Part shown: positions 9,839-19,312 of the stretch, in pieces
Layout: every line of letters begins with the position of its first letter
Position numbering within the stretch: position 1 is the first letter of the stretch
Translations under genes and position numbers: made by a program
Assembly (NCBI GenBank): GCA_963789955.1
Contig: CAWBMV010000022.1
Location: 160,001-224,000, forward strand
Reading direction: 5' to 3'
Source: an uncultured Candidatus Rokubacteria bacterium
GTDB taxonomy: Bacteria; Methylomirabilota; Methylomirabilia; Rokubacteriales; CSP1-6
DNA: 64,000 nt
The notes under the pieces: model-generated
What the model saw: the letters and a program-made list of their open reading frames with translations, nothing else
Database searches by the model: none
What the model was told of the DNA's origin: nothing

Positions 9839-11383
9839 ATGCGATTCCTCGCGGTCCACCCCGGCCCCCTGATGTACACGAAGATCTTTCTCCGCCTGGA
9901 GCCGCTCGGGCTCGAGCTGGTCGCCGCGGCCGTCCGCCACGCCGGTCACGAAGCGCGGCTCATCGACCTGCAGGCCGCGACACACAAGGATTACTTCAGG
10001 CTCGTCGACGACTGGCAGCCGGACGTCGTGGCGTTTTCGTGCAATTACCTGGCGAACGTTCCTGAAGTCGTCGATCTGGCCAAGCTGACTCGCGCTCGAC
10101 GTCCCGACACGTTCATCTTCGTCGGCGGCCACAGCGCGTCCTTCACGGCGCAGGAGCTGCTCGAGCACGCGGGCGGCGCCATCGATTGCATCCTCAAGGG
10201 CGAGGGCGAGGCGTCCGTCGCCGAGCTCCTCGAAGCCGTCGAGCACGACCGGCGAGCGATCGCCCAGGTGCCCGGCGTCGTCAGCCTCGACGGAGAGGGG
10301 CCGCCTCCCCGCCTGGTCGAGAACCTCGATGCGCTCGTCCCGGCCCGCGACCTCCTCAAGCGCCGGCGGAAGTACTTCCTGGGCACGCTCGATCCCTGCG
10401 CCTCGATCGAGTTCGCCCGCGGCTGTCCGTGGGACTGTTCTTTCTGCAGCGCGTGGACGTTCTACGGACGGAGCTACCGCGTGATCAGTCCCGAGCGGGC
10501 AGTGGAAGATCTGGCCTCGATCCGGGAGCCCGGCGTCTTCATCGTGGACGACGTGGCGTTCGTGCAGGCCAAGCACGGTTTCGAGATCGGCGAGGCCATC
10601 GCGCGCCGTGGGATTCGCAAGCAGTACTACCTCGAGACGCGCGGCGACGTGCTGCTCCGCAACAAGGACGTGTTCAAGATGTGGACGCGTCTGGGCCTGC
10701 AGTACATGTTCCTCGGACTGGAGGCGATCGACGAGGAGGGGCTGCGCAAGTACCGCAAGCGGATCTCGCTCGGCCACGCCTTCGAGGCGCTCGAGTTCGC
10801 GCGCTCGCTCGGCATCCAGGTGGCCATCAACCTGATCGCCGATCCCGACTGGGACCGCGAGCGTTTCGCCGTGGTCCGCCAATGGTGCCTGGAGATTCCG
10901 GAGATCGTGAACATCTCCGTCAACACGCCGTATCCGGGCACCGAGACCTGGCGCACCGAGGCGCGCAGAATTCACTCGCGCGACTACCGACTCTACGACA
11001 TCCAGCACTCGGTGCTCCCGACGCGGCTGCCGCTCGCCGACTTCTACGAAGAGCTGGTCCGCACCCAGCGCGTGCTGGCGATGAAGCACATGGGGTGGAC
11101 GGCGTTCCGGGATCTGACGTCGATCGTGCTCGGCCATCTCGTGCGCGGGCAGACGAACTTCGTCCGGAGCCTCTGGAAGTTCGACCGTGTGTTCGATCCC
11201 AAGCTCCTGCTGGCCGATCATCACCGCCCAGTCTCCTATGAGATGAAGCTGCCGCCGCCCGTGCAGGAGAAGGTCGATCCACGGCTGCTCTACGTGCTGC
11301 AGGCGCCGGGCCGCAAGGGCCGCGCGATCGACGAGGCGACCGAGCAGTTCGTCGACGCCACGCGGATGGGAACGAGCGAATAG
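9839..11383 (+). CDS. hpnR: Cobalamin-dependent radical SAM methyltransferase, hopanoid C-3 methylase
   Basis: N-terminal VHPGPLMYTKIFLRLEPLGLE, B12-binding domain, CPWDCSFC cluster motif, TPYPGTE, DYRLYDIQHSVLPT and a C-terminal FVDATRMG, all matching HpnR as I recall it. Confidence 0.85.
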   Translation: MRFLAVHPGPLMYTKIFLRLEPLGLELVAAAVRHAGHEARLIDLQAATHKDYFRLVDDWQPDVVAFSCNYLANVPEVVDLAKLTRARRPDTFIFVGGHSASFTAQELLEHAGGAIDCILKGEGEASVAELLEAVEHDRRAIAQVPGVVSLDGEGPPPRLVENLDALVPARDLLKRRRKYFLGTLDPCASIEFARGCPWDCSFCSAWTFYGRSYRVISPERAVEDLASIREPGVFIVDDVAFVQAKHGFEIGEAIARRGIRKQYYLETRGDVLLRNKDVFKMWTRLGLQYMFLGLEAIDEEGLRKYRKRISLGHAFEALEFARSLGIQVAINLIADPDWDRERFAVVRQWCLEIPEIVNISVNTPYPGTETWRTEARRIHSRDYRLYDIQHSVLPTRLPLADFYEELVRTQRVLAMKHMGWTAFRDLTSIVLGHLVRGQTNFVRSLWKFDRVFDPKLLLADHHRPVSYEMKLPPPVQEKVDPRLLYVLQAPGRKGRAIDEATEQFVDATRMGTSE

Positions 11384-11441
11384 CGCCTAATGTTCTCCCC
11401 GGTGGAATCTGCTGAATCAAATCTGAGAAGGAGGCGGCATC

Positions 11442-11786
11442 GTGAGCGCTAAGCCGTGTGTGCTGGAGTTCGGGATGGGTGTCGACGTGCACGGGCGTGA
11501 CGCGACCAAGGCGGCGTGCCGCGCCGTGTCGGACGCGATCCGCCATTCGAGCCTGCCCCTGTTCCAGGAGGTCCGGGAGCGCGGCGGGCGCATGCTGGTG
11601 GACGTGACCATCGGCGTCCCTGACCCTGATTCGGTGAAGCTCGACGTGGTCCGGCAGGAGCTTCCGCACGGCGAGGTGACCGTCCATGCCGTCAACGGCG
11701 GGCTTCGCTCGCCGAGCTCCGACACCCTGATCGCCTGCGCCGCCATCACGGTGAGCGTCGAGTATCCCGCGGGCGCCTCGCGATGA
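11442..11786 (+). CDS. Lin0512-family protein
   Basis: LEFGMGVDVHGRDATKAACRAVSDAIRHSSL signature. Confidence 0.85.
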   Translation: MSAKPCVLEFGMGVDVHGRDATKAACRAVSDAIRHSSLPLFQEVRERGGRMLVDVTIGVPDPDSVKLDVVRQELPHGEVTVHAVNGGLRSPSSDTLIACAAITVSVEYPAGASR

Positions 11787-12253
11787 GCGTCACCAGGACG
11801 GGCACCGGGCTCAAGCGGCTCCAGCACCTGGTCCTGTGGGTTGCAAATGTCGACCGCAGCGTGCGTTTCTACTGCGACGTGGTGGGCTTCGAGACCCAGC
11901 GGCGCTACCCGAACGCGGCGTTCTTGAAGATCCCGGGCACGCCCGACGATCACAACCTCGGCCTGTTCGAGCAGACGGGCGTGCCGCGCCCCGACGAGCG
12001 CGTGGCACGCATGTATCACTCGGCGTGGGAGGTCGAGGATCTCGCCGACCTTGCCCGAGCGCGTCAGCGCCTGATCGACGCCGGGGCTCTGGTCGGATCG
12101 TCGAATCACGGCGTGAGCCTGTCGCTCTACGCCAAGGATCCGGACGGCCTCGAGTTCGAGATCTTCTGGACGGTCCCTGGTGGGGTGTCCGCCCGCACCA
12201 CCGAGCTTGATCTCGAGGGCGAGCTCGCGCACCGAAGCCCAGCGATACCCTGA
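11783..12253 (+). CDS. VOC/glyoxalase family protein
   Basis: LQHLVLWV, DHNLGLF, MYHSAWEV, HGVSLSLYAKDPDGLEFE. Confidence 0.85.
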   Translation: MSVTRTGTGLKRLQHLVLWVANVDRSVRFYCDVVGFETQRRYPNAAFLKIPGTPDDHNLGLFEQTGVPRPDERVARMYHSAWEVEDLADLARARQRLIDAGALVGSSNHGVSLSLYAKDPDGLEFEIFWTVPGGVSARTTELDLEGELAHRSPAIP

Positions 12254-12260
12254 CGTGAGA

Positions 12261-12288
12261 GCCGGGGCGCCCCGAAGGGCGCCCCGGC
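12261..12288. terminator. GC-rich hairpin between convergent genes
   Basis: GCCGGGGCGCCC-CGAA-GGGCGCCCCGGC perfect 12-bp stem. Confidence 0.65.
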
Positions 12289-12302
12289 CGAACACCGAAC
12301 GG

Positions 12303-13646
12303 CTACAAAGAGCGCAGGAAGTTCAGCAAGTCCTGCGTGTCGTCGTCCCTGAGATTGTTGAAGTTGTCGATCACCTTGTTGGCCTCGGACGGCCCGAATC
12401 TCGAGTTGCCGCCGCTCTGGTGGGCCCGGATCGCTGTCACGAGGTCGGTCGTACGACCGTCGTGAAGGAAGAAGATCCGCTGGCCGAGGCCCCACAGCGG
12501 GGCAGTCCTGAACTCGTCGCCACGGGCTGCGCCCTGGAGGATGTCGTCGGCGAGCCCGGGCCCCATCTGGTGCAAGGCTATGTCGGAGAACAGATTCGCG
12601 TTCTGCTTGCTCAGGGCCGCCACCGTGGTGTTGTCGGGGGTCCTCAGCGTCGGGGTGTGGCAGAGGGCGCAGCCGACGTCGGTGAAGCGCTGCCGGCCCC
12701 TGGCGATCGAGAACGACGATGCGCCGTTGAAGCTCGTCACGGGAGTCGGCGGCGCCAGGAAGCGCTGGAAGTTGGCGAAGTTGATGATGGCGGGGATCGC
12801 GCGCACACTCGGTGTCACGTCGTTAGGAACCGTCGCGGTCTGGCAGCCCGGCGTCTCATCGCGCTCCTGCTGGAACGCTTCGTTGGTGATCCCCATCTCG
12901 ACGTTGTATGCCTCGCCCGAGAAGATCAGGAGCGATTTGTTCTGAGCCTTCCACCCGAACCGGGTGACGGTCCCGTCATTGCCGTTGCGGTTGACGCGCC
13001 CGCTGATCCCGAAATTCGCTTTGGTGGTCGAGTTGGAGCTCAGATTGGCGAGGATCGCGCTGTCGGTGATCTGCTCCATCAGCCCGGTGCCGAAGGTCGG
13101 CGTAGGAATGCGGAAGGCGATGTTGTTGTTGCGGACCTGCCTCTCGAAATCCTCCTGCTGAATGTTGCAGTTTGGCGCAGCCGTGTGCCCGGCGATCACG
13201 AAGAGGGCATGGACACCACCGTCGCGGGAACCGTCGGAATTGAACTGGAAGCGAGCCTCGCGAATGGGGCCGTTCGGCGTGATGAAGGACGGAATCCGGT
13301 TTCTTGCCCCGAAGCCGAGGGCTCCCACCACGTCGAATAGGGGATTCTGTGCCGGGCTCGTGCCACCGATGTCCGGCTGGGAATGACAGCCCCCGCACCC
13401 ATTGAAGTTGAACCGCGGGCCGAGGCCATCACCGACTTCTTCCACCTCGTTAAAGTCGGCCCGCCCATCCGTGAACATGTCCCGCTCGTCAGCGTTCAAG
13501 CCGGCGAGCATGCCACCTGCTCCCGCGGCGCCCCCCCGTACACCCGGGTCGCGGGGCCCTCGAAATTGCGCCGGCAGGTTCTGAGCCACTCCGAGCAACA
13601 CGATGGTTATCACCGCGAACAGGATCCGCACTCTCACTTTGCTCAT
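12303..13646 (-). CDS. Secreted di-heme oxidoreductase (DHOR/thiol oxidoreductase-like)
   Basis: Signal peptide; GLGPRFN..CGGCH, RFGWKA, CALCHTP, FRTAPLWGLG..FLHDGR, FLRSL C-terminus. Confidence 0.85.
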   Translation of the reverse strand: MSKVRVRILFAVITIVLLGVAQNLPAQFRGPRDPGVRGGAAGAGGMLAGLNADERDMFTDGRADFNEVEEVGDGLGPRFNFNGCGGCHSQPDIGGTSPAQNPLFDVVGALGFGARNRIPSFITPNGPIREARFQFNSDGSRDGGVHALFVIAGHTAAPNCNIQQEDFERQVRNNNIAFRIPTPTFGTGLMEQITDSAILANLSSNSTTKANFGISGRVNRNGNDGTVTRFGWKAQNKSLLIFSGEAYNVEMGITNEAFQQERDETPGCQTATVPNDVTPSVRAIPAIINFANFQRFLAPPTPVTSFNGASSFSIARGRQRFTDVGCALCHTPTLRTPDNTTVAALSKQNANLFSDIALHQMGPGLADDILQGAARGDEFRTAPLWGLGQRIFFLHDGRTTDLVTAIRAHQSGGNSRFGPSEANKVIDNFNNLRDDDTQDLLNFLRSL

Positions 13647-13705
13647 TGTTGCTCCTTGCGCAAAATGCACGGCTCGCACCCTTTGAAGAGCGGGCCAGAG
13701 CGAGC

Positions 13706-13720
13706 GCAAGCAGTGTGCCA
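13706..13720 (-). promoter_or_regulatory. Sigma-54 (-24/-12) promoter for the di-heme oxidoreductase gene
   Basis: Minus strand TGGCAC-ACTGC-TTGC, perfect consensus about 60 bp upstream of the ATG. Confidence 0.8.
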
Positions 13721-14022
13721 GACCCTTCAATGTCCATAAGTACCGGAAATCCATACGATATCTGGAAATGTCTCAACATGAAGAGGTCTTTGGTTTCTCA
13801 AGCGTGCGACGGCAAAGACCGCGGATTCCCAGGTGAGAGAACCTTCAGGCCCGACCTTGTTCCAAGATGACGGGACAAGCTATTGTGGTAGAGTCGCGCC
13901 CGGCGGGGCTTCCGCACGGATGCGAATCGCGGTGGCTCCCTCGCCGCGCGGAGCGTGTCCGCCAGCGACCGGCAGTTTCGCAGCATCAGGGCTGCGTCAG
14001 GGTAATCAGAGGTGATCCGCGT

Positions 14023-15384
14023 ATGACCGCGTCGATACTCGTCGTCGACGACGAGCCCGCGATCCAGGACATCCTGACCTGGGCACTCTCGGCTGAGGGA
14101 TATCGGGTCGCCACGGCCGGAAACGGCGAGGAAGCGCTGGCCCGCGTCGAGGGAGAGGAATTCGACATCATCGTCACCGACATCGTGATGCCGGGGATCG
14201 ATGGTCTGGAAGTGCTCGAGCGGTCCCGCGTGCTCAACCCGCGCGCCGCCGTGATCGTGATGACCGCGTACGCCGCGCTGGAGACCGCGATCGCCGCGCT
14301 CCGCCGGGGCGCCAGCGACTATCTCGAGAAGCCGTTCTCGGTCGACCTCCTGAAGGAGCGGGTCCAGCGCCTGCTCCAGTATCGCGAAACGATCTGGAAG
14401 GACCGGCTCGTCCAGCGCGCGATGCAGCCGCGCGCGGTCGGGCACTCGCTGGTCGGCGAGAGCGATGCGATCCGCTCGCTCCGCGAGCAGATCGCACTCG
14501 CGGCCCGCACGCCGAGCAACGTGTTGATCACGGGCGAGAGCGGCGTGGGCAAGGAACTGGTCGCGCATGCCGTCCACGACGAAGGCGTGCGCCACGACGC
14601 CGCGTTCGTGGCGATCAACTGCGGCGCGATCCCGGAGGCCCTGCTCGAGAGCCAGCTGTTCGGCCACCTGCGCGGCGCGTTCACCACGGCGGTGCAGGCG
14701 AATCAAGGCCTGTTCGTCGCGGCGAGCCAGGGCACGCTGTTTCTCGACGAGATCGGCGAGATGCCGCTGCCGCTGCAGGTCAAGCTCCTGCGCGTCATCG
14801 AGGACAAGTGCGTCCTGCCGGTCGGGGGGACCAAGGCCGTGCCGGTGGACACGCGCATCATCGCCAGCACGAACCGTGATCTCGAGCGTGAAGTCGAGGC
14901 CGGGCGCTTCCGCGAGGATCTGTTCTACCGGCTCAACGTCGTGCACCTCGTCGTGCCGCCGCTGCGGGACCGGCGCGGCGACATCCCGGTCCTCGTCGAT
15001 CACCTGGTCGACCGGCTGAACACCAAGCTCGGCACGCACTGCCTCGGCGTCGAGCGCGATGCGCTGTGGTCGCTGATCGGCCGGCCGTGGAAGGGCAACG
15101 TGCGGGAGCTCGAGAACGTCCTCGAGCGGGCCATCGTCCTCGGCGGCAGCGATCTCATCTCGCTGCGCGACCTGTCCGCGGAGCCCGTGACCGGCCAGGG
15201 TTCACCGCCTCAGGATCTCCGTGGCGCGGTTCGTCGGTTCGAGCGCCAGCACCTGAAAGAGGTCCTGGCCACGACGCAGTCCGACAAGCGCAAGGCGGCC
15301 CGCATGCTGGGGATCAGCCTGGCCTCGCTCTACCGCAAGCTCCGCGGCGAGGAAGACGAGGCCCCGCCGGCGTTCTCGAAGTAG
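14023..15384 (+). CDS. Sigma-54-dependent response regulator (NtrC/AtoC family; REC-AAA+-Fis HTH)
   Basis: VVDDE..DIVMP receiver, [58 protein letters not shown]. Confidence 0.95.
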   Translation: MTASILVVDDEPAIQDILTWALSAEGYRVATAGNGEEALARVEGEEFDIIVTDIVMPGIDGLEVLERSRVLNPRAAVIVMTAYAALETAIAALRRGASDYLEKPFSVDLLKERVQRLLQYRETIWKDRLVQRAMQPRAVGHSLVGESDAIRSLREQIALAARTPSNVLITGESGVGKELVAHAVHDEGVRHDAAFVAINCGAIPEALLESQLFGHLRGAFTTAVQANQGLFVAASQGTLFLDEIGEMPLPLQVKLLRVIEDKCVLPVGGTKAVPVDTRIIASTNRDLEREVEAGRFREDLFYRLNVVHLVVPPLRDRRGDIPVLVDHLVDRLNTKLGTHCLGVERDALWSLIGRPWKGNVRELENVLERAIVLGGSDLISLRDLSAEPVTGQGSPPQDLRGAVRRFERQHLKEVLATTQSDKRKAARMLGISLASLYRKLRGEEDEAPPAFSK

Positions 15385-15403
15385 CGAACGCGCGAATGAG
15401 GCG

Positions 15404-16261
15404 CTAGAGCGCGGACGCCGTCTTCAGACGGACCAGCACGTCCGCCTCGAAGTCGGTGAGGCTCTCGCCGAACGCGGCGTCGAAGTTCTTCCGGCGATCG
15501 CTCGCGCGCCTGAACGACGCGAAGTACGTCCGTATCGCCTCGAACCCTCGACGCTCGACCAGGTAGTCCGTCATGAGAAATGCGAGCTGGTAGACGGGAA
15601 TCGAGCCCTCCTGCAGATGCCAGGCGGTAAAGCCCCGCGGAGTTCCGCGCGCCTCGAGATCGAGCTTTCCCTGGAGCAGGGTCACGTGGCTGCGAATGCC
15701 GGTCATCGCCGCCTGCCGACGGTGCTCCAGGGTGTCCAGCCCGAGGTGCTCGAGCGTGGAGAACGCGACCCACTCGGCCACGCCTTCGGCGAGCCACTGC
15801 TCGCCGCGCCCCTCGCCGCCGGTGAGCTCGATCTGCGACACATGGGTGAGCTCGTGGGCGATCAAGCGTAGCCACTCGCGCTGCGTACGATCCGTCGGCT
15901 GGTCGTTGAGGAGCATCTGGCCGCGCGCGCCCACGCCGATGGCGAAATCGCTCAGCTGCGCGGCCTGCACCGGCGAGACCCGCGCATCTCGCATCAGCCC
16001 CTGCTCGAAGGCGCGGCGGCCACCGTAGACCAGCACGGTCACGCGGTCAGGAACCGGGAGCCCGAAGCTCTTTGCCATGATCGCGGCGATCCCGCGGACG
16101 GCGTCGTCGGTCGTGCGCAACGCGCGCGCATCGGTTGGCGCCGCCAGGGAGGGGTCGAGCTGCAACGGTACGACGACCCGACCGTCGGTGCCACCCGCGA
16201 GTACGGTGACGACACACAGCAGGCATGCCGTGATCACGACTCGACGCAGTACGAGCAGCAC
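15404..16261 (-). CDS. Putative secreted zinc metallopeptidase (peptidase MA/gluzincin-like)
   Basis: AGGAGA RBS, signal-like N-terminus, IAHELTH followed by WLAEGVAEW. Confidence 0.65.
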   Translation of the reverse strand: MLLVLRRVVITACLLCVVTVLAGGTDGRVVVPLQLDPSLAAPTDARALRTTDDAVRGIAAIMAKSFGLPVPDRVTVLVYGGRRAFEQGLMRDARVSPVQAAQLSDFAIGVGARGQMLLNDQPTDRTQREWLRLIAHELTHVSQIELTGGEGRGEQWLAEGVAEWVAFSTLEHLGLDTLEHRRQAAMTGIRSHVTLLQGKLDLEARGTPRGFTAWHLQEGSIPVYQLAFLMTDYLVERRGFEAIRTYFASFRRASDRRKNFDAAFGESLTDFEADVLVRLKTASAL

Positions 16262-16455
16262 GGTTCTCCTTCGAGGGAGAAGGATCGAGGGCGATTCCCT
16301 ACGTCGAGCGGATTGTGACACACCGTTGACGAACTGAAAAGATGCGCGGGCTGGTGCCGGAAGGGCGTCGCCAGCCTCGCGACCCGGACCGTCGCGAGGC
16401 TGGCGCTCGAAGGCGAGACTACCGGTTGGGCATCGCCGGCGTGCTCTTGGGAGCC

Positions 16456-16659
16456 TCACTGCCGGGAGCCGGGCTGCCGCTCGGCGGGGAGCCCATGGTG
16501 CCGCCGGTGTCTGGGTGAAGTCGGCGGCGCGGTAGGCGGCGAGGCCGACGGCGTCCGGTCGCGGGTCGGGTTCTCCCCGACGCGATTCGAATCGTTGCAC
16601 GCAGCCGTGAGCCCGGTCAGCAGTACGAGCGCACAAAGTCCAGATAGAACTTTTCTCAT
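16456..16659 (-). CDS. Small lipoprotein
   Basis: MRK + hydrophobic stretch + LTAAC lipobox, Pro/Thr-rich tail. Confidence 0.6.
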   Translation of the reverse strand: MRKVLSGLCALVLLTGLTAACNDSNRVGENPTRDRTPSASPPTAPPTSPRHRRHHGLPAERQPGSRQ

Positions 16660-16689
16660 GGTGTGCAGTCCCTCCGGGAAGGGGTGTCC

Positions 16690-17007
16690 CTATCCCTTGA
16701 TTTCGATCGACTTGGCGACCTTCTGGCCTGCCCTGTCTTCGTACTCGGCGGTGATCTGTGTTCCCGGCTTCAACTGGTCCTTCGCGACCTTGACCGTGCT
16801 CGGAATCGAGAGCTCGGTGCCGTCCTCGAGCGTCACCAAGCTGCCGCGGACGGACTTGATCCTGCCTTCCACCCTCTGGCCCATCCGATCGGACTTCTGG
16901 CCCATCTTGGGTTGGGCCGGATCGGTCTTCATCTGAGCATTCGTCACGGTCGTGCCGAACGTTGCCATCAGAAGCGCCGCGACTCCGACTGCCAGTACTC
17001 GCTTCAT
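16690..17007 (-). CDS. Small secreted OB-fold protein (DUF1344-like)
   Basis: Signal peptide; EGRIKSV..VTLEDGT..LKPGTQITAEYEDRAGQKVAKSI. Confidence 0.65.
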   Translation of the reverse strand: MKRVLAVGVAALLMATFGTTVTNAQMKTDPAQPKMGQKSDRMGQRVEGRIKSVRGSLVTLEDGTELSIPSTVKVAKDQLKPGTQITAEYEDRAGQKVAKSIEIKG

Positions 17008-17064
17008 CGAGCCCTCCTGATCATCGCGCCCTCCTTTTGAGTGGGGAGATCAGAGGCAAGTCGA

Positions 17065-17079
17065 GCAAGGCCAGTGCCA
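17065..17079 (-). promoter_or_regulatory. Sigma-54 promoter
   Basis: Minus strand TGGCAC-TGGCC-TTGC, perfect consensus. Confidence 0.8.
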
Positions 17080-17217
17080 CGCGACTCGCGTCGAATGAAG
17101 GCAGCGTGGACTGTGTAGCCGTTACATGACGGCGTCGCCCAACCCAGGAGAGCCCTGGCGATTTCGATGGGTGCTTTCCTGCAACGCGGCCGCTGGAAGG
17201 CACCGAGTAGAGATGAC

Positions 17218-17252
17218 CGGCGTGTAGAACTTTCGACGAACGGCGTGTAGAA
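17218..17252. promoter_or_regulatory. Direct repeat CGGCGTGTAGAA x2 (23-bp period), candidate activator-binding site
   Basis: Exact 12-mers at 17218-17229 and 17241-17252, between two divergent sigma-54 promoters. Confidence 0.5.
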
Positions 17253-17332
17253 ATTGCCGCGGTCTCGCCGCCACGCGCGTCTTCAGGTACTCACCACGCT
17301 GGAAATCCTCGACTGACCCGCGAGTACGGCTC

Positions 17333-17348
17333 TGGCACGGACTTAGCA
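17333..17348 (+). promoter_or_regulatory. Sigma-54 promoter
   Basis: TGGCAC-GGACT-TAGCA with correct GG-N10-GC spacing, upstream of GGAGG and the ATG at 17373. Confidence 0.7.
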
Positions 17349-17372
17349 CCCATTTCGTGTGGAGGTGAAAGG

Positions 17373-17876
17373 ATGAAGACGATCAAGGGAACGCGTGCGG
17401 CTCTGATCACCTCTGCGCTCACACTCATGGCATCGCCCGCGAGGGCTTGGGCTCAGAGCGTGGTCGCACCTCAGGTGCCCACCAATGCCACCAGCGATGC
17501 GACTCAGTCGGGCGCGGTGACGACGGTCGTGGTGGTCGGTTCGCTGCTGGCCGTCCTGGTAGTGCTCGGAGCTCTCATCAAGATCCTCGACCTCAAGCGC
17601 AAGCGGGACGGCGAAGCCGTCGTCGTGCAGGCGCGAATCTCGGACGCGGTGCTGCGTGACCCCAGGCTGTTCAGTCTGCCGATCACGCCGACGGCGCACG
17701 TGCCGCTGTGGAAGGGCACGCCGGTGACCGTCGAGGTGGCCGGTCAGGTTCCGTCCGAAGATCTTCGCGAGGCGGCGATCAGCCTCGTCGAGCGCGAAGC
17801 CTCGCAGCTGGGTCCAGAGGTCCACGTCGAGTCGAGGATCGGGATCGTGCCCACCATGGCTCGGCGGTCGGCGTGA
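17373..17876 (+). CDS. Membrane protein with a possible BON-like C-terminal domain
   Basis: Signal peptide, one TM helix, QARISDAVLRDPRL...VEVAGQVPSEDLREAA. Confidence 0.55.
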   Translation: MKTIKGTRAALITSALTLMASPARAWAQSVVAPQVPTNATSDATQSGAVTTVVVVGSLLAVLVVLGALIKILDLKRKRDGEAVVVQARISDAVLRDPRLFSLPITPTAHVPLWKGTPVTVEVAGQVPSEDLREAAISLVEREASQLGPEVHVESRIGIVPTMARRSA

Positions 17877-18130
17877 TGGTCGGGCGGCCCCCCGCGGAGC
17901 GGAGACCGGCGTTGCCGACGATGCCTCTCGCCGACGTCGAGGGGGTCGCCCAACTCTGTCGTTGCGCGGGCGATACTCCGGCGGCTCAGTTCGGTTGCCT
18001 CGACTGCGGCGCGCCCTGCTGCTCGGCCTGCGCGGTTCCGCTGGAATCGGTCGCCTACTGCCGTCGTTGCGCGACGGAGCTACTGGGCGCGACCGCGATG
18101 CCGAAGTCCGTATCGTTCGAGCTCTACTGA
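17876..18130 (+). CDS. Small Cys-rich zinc-finger-like protein
   Basis: TGATG coupling to the upstream gene; CRC..CLDC..CCSAC..YCRRC. Confidence 0.6.
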   Translation: MVGRPPAERRPALPTMPLADVEGVAQLCRCAGDTPAAQFGCLDCGAPCCSACAVPLESVAYCRRCATELLGATAMPKSVSFELY

Positions 18131-18205
18131 ACCGGCGTCGAGAAACCCGATGACCGCCGAAGACCATCGGACGTTGGTCGAGGCGGAGAGGAGCGAGCGG
18201 ATCAG

Positions 18206-18561
18206 ATGCAAACCATGTGGAGCGCGTCACTGTGGAGCTCGACGATGATCGGTGTGCGGGGTGACGGCGGCCTCACTCCGCGGCGGCGGTCGGACGCGAC
18301 CGCGCCTGCTGCGGGCGGGAGCGCGCCCGCGCGGGACGCCCAGGCGCAGCGGCCTCCGTTCGTGCGCGAGGCCCAGCGCGCGCTTCGGGACCTCGGATAT
18401 CACCCCGGCCCGATCGATGGGATGTTCGGTCCGAGATGCGGATGGCGCTGGAGAAGTATCAGCTCGCCGAGAAGCTGCCCGTCACCGGTCAGCTCGACGC
18501 GGAGACGATGGAGCGACTGGACGTCTACAAACGCCTGTTCAGCCCGGACCGCGCGCGGTAG
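18206..18561 (+). CDS. Peptidoglycan-binding domain protein; frameshift near 18435
   Basis: VREAQRALRDLGYHPGPIDGMFGP + ALEKYQLAEKLPVTGQLDAET (PG_binding_1). Confidence 0.75.
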
Positions 18562-18641
18562 TACGTCGACGGCCGCCCAAGCGACCGCCTGCCTGGTGCA
18601 ACGATGGCCCCTGCCGTACAATGCTCCTACTGGAGGGCACC

Positions 18642-19251
18642 ATGGCCAACGACCGTCGCGCCCGTCCCGCCGCAGGCTCTGCCGCCGCGCGGCATCAACC
18701 ACATGGTCCTCAACGTGCGCAACCTCGAGGTGTCGCACAAGTTCTGGACCGAGATCATCGGGTTCCACTGCGTAGCCGAGCTCAAGCCGATTCCAGGACG
18801 TCAGCGCCCCAAGATGCGCTTCTATAGCGGTCTCGACGCCAAGGGCGACGTGACTCACCACGACCTGGCGCTGGCCGAGGTTCAGCCGGGCAACAACGGC
18901 GGCGCGCCGGAGGAGTGGAACCTGATGTCGGGCCGGGTCGGGCTCAACCACGTCGCGATCGCGTGGCCGGACCGCGAGTCGTGGTTGAAGCAGCTGGCAT
19001 TTCTCCAGAGCAAGGGTGTGCCGTTCCTCCGGAGGGTCAACCACGGGATGACCCACAGCGTCTACATCGCCGACCCCGACGGACACGGCATCGAGGTCCT
19101 TTACGAGCTGCCGCGCGAGGTGTGGGAGGGCGATATCGACGGCGCGCAGAACTACGCCGAGATGCTCCCGACGGAAGGCCCCGAGTCGCTCGTCGATCGC
19201 ACGGCGAATCCCGTGTTCAGCGGGCAGGCGACTCCGGCCGCTCGAGCCTGA
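18642..19251 (+). CDS. VOC family protein; frameshift just after the start
   Basis: GINHMVLNV, HHDLAL, GLNHVAI, HGMTHSVYIADPDGHGIEVLY. Confidence 0.85.
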
Positions 19252-19312
19252 TCCCCGCAGCGCCTGACTTGATCGGCGCCGACCGCGCGCAGCCGGGCGC
19301 GGTCGCGCCGGA

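Noticed and set aside
12303..13900. Mobile element or genomic island (visibly more AT-rich)
   Set aside because: No integrase, transposase, tRNA or flanking direct repeats were seen, and the composition shift was not quantified.
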